Shown: positions 27,759 to 32,000 of the stretch, one piece after another
Layout of the letters: every line of letters starts with the position of its first letter
How positions within the stretch are numbered: position 1 is the stretch's first letter
Assembly (NCBI RefSeq): GCF_000008665.1
Contig: NC_000917.1
Location: 510,001-542,000 of the forward strand
Length of the DNA: 32,000 nt
Reading direction: 5' to 3'
Origin: Archaeoglobus fulgidus DSM 4304
Lineage (GTDB): Archaea; Halobacteriota; Archaeoglobi; Archaeoglobales; Archaeoglobaceae
Position numbers and translations under genes: made by a program
Notes under the pieces: generated by a model
What the model was told of the DNA's origin: nothing
What the model saw: the letters and a program-made list of their open reading frames with translations, nothing else
Databases searched by the model: none

Positions 27759-29030
27759 ATGAAGATAGCAATTTTAGGAAGTGGATACGTTGGAATAGTC
27801 ACGGGTATTGGTTTTGCTGAACTTGGTCACGAGATAGTATTCATAGATGTTGATGAAAGAAAAGTTGAAATGTTAAATTCATCAAAACCACCGATATACG
27901 AAAGAGGACTCGAAGAACTTATGAAGAAAAACAGGGGCAAATACAGAGCCACTACAGACTACAGAGAAGCTCTGGAGAGTTCGGAGCTAACATTCATATG
28001 CGTTGGAACACCATCGAAAGGTGATGGCTCTATTGATCTAAAATACGCTGAATCGGCATCGAAAGAAATAGGAAAGGCTTTGAAAAACAACGATAACTTT
28101 CATGTCGTCGTGGTTAAAAGCACAGTCGTTCCGGGAACAACGGAGGATAAAATAAAACCGATAATCGAGAAAGAATCTGGCAAAAAAGCGTTCGAAGATT
28201 TCGGTTTAGCTATGAATCCCGAATTCTTGAGGGAAGGCAACGCTGTTTATGATTTCTTCAATCCGGATAGAATAGTGATTGGTGTTAAGGATGAAAGGAC
28301 TAAATCGGTCTTAGAGGAATTGTATAAACCTTTCGATTGCCCAAAGCTTATCACAGAGATAAAAACCGCTGAAATGATAAAATACGCATCGAACGCTTTT
28401 TTAGCTACGAAGATAAGCTTCGCCAACGAGATAGGAAACATATGCAAGAAGCTTAGGATTGATGTTTACAAGGTGTTTGAGGGTGTTGGTTTGGACCACA
28501 GAATAAATCCATCATTTTTCAGAGCTGGGATTGGATTCGGGGGGAGCTGTTTTCCTAAGGATGTTAGAGCTTTGATTAGGAAGTCTGAAGAACTCGGCGA
28601 GAATCCGAAGATACTGAAAGCTGTTATGGAAGTAAATGAGAGACAGCCGTTAAAGATGATAGAACTTCTGAAGAAGCACATTCCTAACTTAAGAGGAAAG
28701 AAGATCGGAGTTCTGGGTTTGGCGTTCAAACCCGATACGGATGACGTAAGAGAGAGTAGGGCTATACCAATCGTCAAAGCTCTGCTGGAAGAGGGGGCAG
28801 AGATCATAGCCTACGATCCAAAGGCCATAGAAAACTTTAGGAAATTTTTCCCTCAAGTAGAATATGCTAACTCAGCTGAAGATGTTATTACAAAATCGGA
28901 TGCTGTGCTGATAGTTACCGAATGGAAGGAGTTCGAGGAGCTTGATTACAGCGGTAAAATTGTTATTGATGGAAGAAGAGTTGAGAAGGCTATGAAAGAA
29001 GCTAAGATATACAAAGGGGTGTGTTGGTAA
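27759..29030 (+). CDS. UDP-glucose/GDP-mannose dehydrogenase family (UDP-sugar 6-dehydrogenase)
   Basis: MKIAILGSGYVGIVTGIGFAELGHEIVFIDVDERK.., NPEFLREGNAVYDFFNPDRIVIG, GIGFGGSCFPKDVRAL, GLAFKPDTDDVRESRAI. Confidence 0.95.
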   Translation: MKIAILGSGYVGIVTGIGFAELGHEIVFIDVDERKVEMLNSSKPPIYERGLEELMKKNRGKYRATTDYREALESSELTFICVGTPSKGDGSIDLKYAESASKEIGKALKNNDNFHVVVVKSTVVPGTTEDKIKPIIEKESGKKAFEDFGLAMNPEFLREGNAVYDFFNPDRIVIGVKDERTKSVLEELYKPFDCPKLITEIKTAEMIKYASNAFLATKISFANEIGNICKKLRIDVYKVFEGVGLDHRINPSFFRAGIGFGGSCFPKDVRALIRKSEELGENPKILKAVMEVNERQPLKMIELLKKHIPNLRGKKIGVLGLAFKPDTDDVRESRAIPIVKALLEEGAEIIAYDPKAIENFRKFFPQVEYANSAEDVITKSDAVLIVTEWKEFEELDYSGKIVIDGRRVEKAMKEAKIYKGVCW

Positions 29031-29089
29031 ACCATTTTAAATTCGAGCTTAAAGATATGCCTATGTCAAAGGTTATAATATCGTTGCTT

Positions 29090-29310
29090 GCAAAACCTCG
29101 CTTTTCAAAGCGGGGATACGCAAGGTTTAAGTACTCGAAGCACAACTAAGCTTTTAGGGGATGTTCCCCATGAACTCCGCTATCAATTTAGCCCGACGGA
29201 TAATGAGTCCGTCGGGATGGGGGTGTAGTGAGCTTCCCGAACTCCCAGATGAAGCTTTAGCCGTAAAGGCGGGTGGAACGGGAGAAGTTCCGCCCTTTAG
29301 GGCGGGGTAG
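29090..29310 (+). mobile_element. IS200/IS605-type non-autonomous remnant: left-end-like hairpin plus TnpB-like C-terminal tail and right-end hairpin
   Basis: Hairpin CCTCGC-TTTTCAAA-GCGGGG (29096-29115); 47-codon frame 29170-29310 MNSAINLARRIMSPSGWGCSELPELPDEALAVKAGGTGEVPPFRAG* resembling an archaeal TnpB terminus; hairpin CCGCCC-TTTA-GGGCGG (29290-29305); no upstream tnpB body. Confidence 0.7.
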
Positions 29311-29407
29311 CTCACACTCTTCTGAACTCTTTCGAATCTGTTTTCAACAAAATTTTCGAGGAAAATGTTTTTAGTTGGAACGTGCAACATTTATTTGGTG
29401 CTTGACC

Positions 29408-29671
29408 ATGGGTGAAGGGGTTTACGTGAGATTATGGTTCCCGAAAGATATAACAAAAATCCTTGGAGAAAAAAGATTGGAAGAGGAAGCAAAACTACTT
29501 GTCGCCATAGAACTATATCGAGAAGGAATAGTTTCCCTCGGAAAAGCAGCTGAGATAGCTGATTTGAGTATCAGAGAATTTCTTTATGAACTGAGAAGGA
29601 GAAACGTGCCGTTAAATTATGATCTGGAAGAGCTACAAAAAGATATAGATGTTGTTGGAGAGCTGTTATGA
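29408..29671 (+). CDS. UPF0175-family small protein (putative antitoxin)
   Basis: KLLVAIELYREGIVSLGKAAEIADLSIREFLYELRRRNVPLNYDLEELQKDIDVV; overlaps the following PIN ORF by 4 nt. Confidence 0.88.
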   Translation: MGEGVYVRLWFPKDITKILGEKRLEEEAKLLVAIELYREGIVSLGKAAEIADLSIREFLYELRRRNVPLNYDLEELQKDIDVVGELL

Positions 29672-30120
29672 TTGTTGTTTCAAACACGAGTCCTTTGATT
29701 GTCCTTTCAAACATTGGAGAATTTGAAATCCTCCACCGCCTTTTTAACAAAATAATAATACCAGAAGGTGTCGCAGAGGAGTTTGGTGATTCTGTTCCAG
29801 AATGGATTGAAATCAGAGGAGTTAAAAACAGAATTCTGGTGGATTTGCTTAGAGAGAAGCTTCATAGAGGCGAAGCTGAAACAATTGCCTTAGCTATCGA
29901 ACTCGATGCAGATCTTGTAATTATTGACGATAAAGCTGCAAGAAACACAGCTCAATCTCTCGGATTAAGGGTTACGGGAACTGTTGGACTGATTCTTCTC
30001 GCAAAGAGAAGGGGTTATTATGACGAGATAAAGCCAGTAATCGAGAAACTTATTAAAAAAGGTTTCAGATTGAGCAAGGAAATTATAGAGAACATTCTTA
30101 GGGAGGCTGGAGAGCTTTAA
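29668..30120 (+). CDS. PIN-like DUF3368-family protein (putative toxin)
   Basis: MIVVSNTSPLIVLSNIGEFEILHRLFNKIIIPEGVAEEF..GEAETIALAIELDADLVIIDDKAARNTAQSLGLRVTGTVGLILLAKRRG. Confidence 0.9.
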   Translation: MIVVSNTSPLIVLSNIGEFEILHRLFNKIIIPEGVAEEFGDSVPEWIEIRGVKNRILVDLLREKLHRGEAETIALAIELDADLVIIDDKAARNTAQSLGLRVTGTVGLILLAKRRGYYDEIKPVIEKLIKKGFRLSKEIIENILREAGEL

Positions 30121-30179
30121 AAGTTGAACAAATTCAATACATAAGTCAAAATTCGTTGGTTTCTTGCTAATGGATATTT

Positions 30180-30450
30180 AAACTTATTTGATGCACTTTT
30201 AATATTAGAACTAAATCTTCAACCTCTTCCCTCCTCTTTTTCAAGTGCATCTCCGCAAGTTTCCTCAGCTCTTTTTTCTGCATCAGACTCCTTTACTATT
30301 ATTCTCCCGCTTAAACGGGGTCTCTTTTTATGTTGTAAAGCTCATCTTCTCTGTCTGGATTGACTATAAGCTTCCATTTTTTATCCCTTACTGTAACTCT
30401 AAATTTCGATCTCCTTCTGGAAGGCAGGCACCTTCAACCCCATTAAACTA
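30180..30450 (-). pseudogene. Sulfatase/alkaline-phosphatase-superfamily C-terminal remnant
   Basis: Minus-strand translation: ..RRRSKFRVTVRDKKWKLIVNPDREDELYNIKRDPV*.., then the frameshifted ENNSKGV.. and KKELRKLAEMHLKKRREEVEDL. This resembles the RTxxYKLI..PDGEDELYDLExDPxExxNL end of sulfatases, interrupted by stops. Confidence 0.55.
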
Positions 30451-30612
30451 CTTATTTTTAAGACGATAAAATAAATCTTTTGGAGCTTCTTCTTTGGAAA
30501 TAACACCTTGGATGTTATGGGTAACTTACTCCCAAATGTCTACTTTGATTGCTACGTTTTGAGGATTTTAAGAGAGTTGATTTTTTTAGAGGTTTCAGGT
30601 GTGAACGACAAA

Positions 30613-31365
30613 TCATCTCTTCAACATCATTGAAACGTTCCATAGGATATCGTAGCAAAGCGGGATGGAGATCGCATGGAAGACGAATCTAAAACGGATG
30701 TCGTTTCTTATTCTTTCAGAAAAGCTCAGCTTTCTTGGATGGCAGATTGATGGAGGTCTTTTCGGATCGTGGTGTTCCGAATAAGCTATAAATCCTCTGT
30801 AAACTCTGGCACCTATTTTCACTAAGTCGAATTCAAAGAAGACACCCTCATCGATAACCCTTCCAATCTTCTCCTTACACCTGAACTTGACCTTTTCAAT
30901 CACCCACCTTTTTATCAGAGTTCCTCCGAAACCCGTGAGGTTTATCCCATTCGGATTTCCCCTATCGAGATAGGCGTTGTAAACGACATCGTAGCCCTTT
31001 TCGGCTATTTTTATCAGTTTGTTTACAATTTCGGGTTCGAATATCATGTCAGCATCCATGAAAATTAAGTATTCAGCTTTCGATTTTAAAAAATATTCTC
31101 TGATTGCGTTTCTCGCTGAAACTATGTTCCAGATTCTGTTTTTCGCATTTTTTGGTCTGTTTGGCTTGGATGTTATTATCTCGTGATTTAGATCGTATTT
31201 TTGCAAAATTTTTTTGAGTTTCTCGGCAAATGTTATATCTTCACTAGCGAAGATCGTTTTAACTTTCGTTGCTGAGTGCTTTTGAATTTCTTCTTGATTT
31301 TTTAAGAACTTGTCGAGTATGTAAGCTGTTTTCGAGTTAATTGGGGCTCCTATTATTGCGGACAT
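30613..31365 (-). CDS. GT2-type glycosyltransferase
   Basis: SARNAIREYFLKSKAEYLIFMDADMIFEPEIVNKLIKIAEKGYDVVYNAYLDR..GINLTGFGGTLIKRWVIEKVKF..DEGVFFEFDLVKIGARVYRGFIAYSEHHDP. Confidence 0.8.
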   Translation of the reverse strand: MSAIIGAPINSKTAYILDKFLKNQEEIQKHSATKVKTIFASEDITFAEKLKKILQKYDLNHEIITSKPNRPKNAKNRIWNIVSARNAIREYFLKSKAEYLIFMDADMIFEPEIVNKLIKIAEKGYDVVYNAYLDRGNPNGINLTGFGGTLIKRWVIEKVKFRCKEKIGRVIDEGVFFEFDLVKIGARVYRGFIAYSEHHDPKRPPSICHPRKLSFSERIRNDIRFRFVFHAISIPLCYDILWNVSMMLKR

Positions 31366-31397
31366 TCATTTAATCCCAATCTCAAAGTTTTAAAGTG

Positions 31398-32000
31398 TTA
31401 TCCAAACCATCTTTTAGGAGGATAGAATTCGTTTACCATGTCGATCAAACCCAATCTTTCCAGTCTCTCAACGAAATGTTTTCTTAGTTTCTCGTCTTTC
31501 GTTATCCTCGGTTTTAGTATTTTTGCATATTTTAGGTCAAAATTTACTCCAGAAAACTCCGTCATAATCCTAAACCACTTTTCCGGTTCTCTTGTGACTT
31601 CTTCATAGTAAACGACCATCCCTCTCTCGTTGTCCGCCTGCTTGAATGCGTAGTAGTTGCAGTATGTCCAGACGATGAGCATTTTATCGAGTAGATCAAG
31701 AGAATCGGGATAGTCCAAATTGAAAACCCTGATAAGTTTGAAATTTTCGTTTATAGCAAAACCGTTTACCCATTCTCTATTTGGCAGATACTTCGTGAGA
31801 ACATACCTTCCAATAAAGGTGTTTTTGAATTTGTAAACAAGCTTAGCCCTTTTGACGTTGCCCACTAAGACCAGTGGTTCTAACGTTTGCCCAATCCAAA
31901 CGTCGATTGGATTTCGGATTATGTGAATAAACGTGCATCTGTACCTTTGAGCGAGTTGAGATAAAATGAAGTGGCACCTATTCGGTTGAATGATTGTATC
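31398..32000 (-). CDS. PAPS-dependent sulfotransferase family protein, C-terminal part, N-terminus beyond the window
   Basis: The minus-strand frame continues to the window edge: DTIIQPNRCHFILSQLAQRYRCTFIHIIRNPIDVWIGQTLEPLVLVGNVKRAK..; IRNPID resembles the 3'-phosphate binding motif; VVYYEEVTREPEKWFRIMTEFSGV. Confidence 0.75.
   Translation of the reverse strand, partial: DTIIQPNRCHFILSQLAQRYRCTFIHIIRNPIDVWIGQTLEPLVLVGNVKRAKLVYKFKNTFIGRYVLTKYLPNREWVNGFAINENFKLIRVFNLDYPDSLDLLDKMLIVWTYCNYYAFKQADNERGMVVYYEEVTREPEKWFRIMTEFSGVNFDLKYAKILKPRITKDEKLRKHFVERLERLGLIDMVNEFYPPKRWFG

Noticed and set aside
29154-29390. 78-aa minus-strand ORF
   Set aside because: Runs opposite the TnpB-tail element and its hairpins; unlikely to be coding.
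30121-30610. Possible new small ORFs (e.g. 30245-30469)
   Set aside because: The antisense strand has sulfatase-like remnants and stops; the plus ORF looks like a chance frame.
1-32000. CRISPR array or cas genes
   Set aside because: No regularly spaced direct repeats or Cas-like proteins were seen in either strand.

Overview
The window looks like a euryarchaeal chromosome segment, most consistent with Archaeoglobus (judged from recalled protein families, not a database search). It has three parts. (1) ~1-5.6 kb: an iron/sulfur region in which intact iscS, iscU and an HTH regulator gene lie between decayed genes: a feoB pseudogene, a dtxR/mntR-type repressor pseudogene, a dsrE-like gene with a missing start, and a truncated, frameshifted acyl-CoA synthetase. 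A tRNA-Leu(CAG) follows. (2) ~5.9-25 kb: mostly ordinary housekeeping genes: an RHH gene plus ftsZ, an aEF-1beta/MBL/86-aa/radical-SAM string, an M28 peptidase, a PAS/HisKA protein without an ATPase domain, xth, a GT2-flippase fusion, a split DUF2298-type membrane protein, an Lrp regulator, arcS and tgt, prs, a frameshifted hisG, a PIN protein and aIF2-gamma. (3) ~24.9-32 kb: accessory or surface-glycan DNA with HEPN/MNT, a flippase, UDP-sugar dehydrogenase, an IS200/IS605-type end remnant, a UPF0175/PIN pair, a sulfatase remnant, a glycosyltransferase and a sulfotransferase. The most interesting signals are: the 86-aa protein + radical SAM/SPASM-like enzyme pair (possible peptide modification), the IscS whose PLP-lysine position is Asp, the 12-bp palindrome at the promoter of the RHH-ftsZ unit, the TnpB-tail element with end hairpins and no transposase, and the clustered gene decay. 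No CRISPR array was seen.
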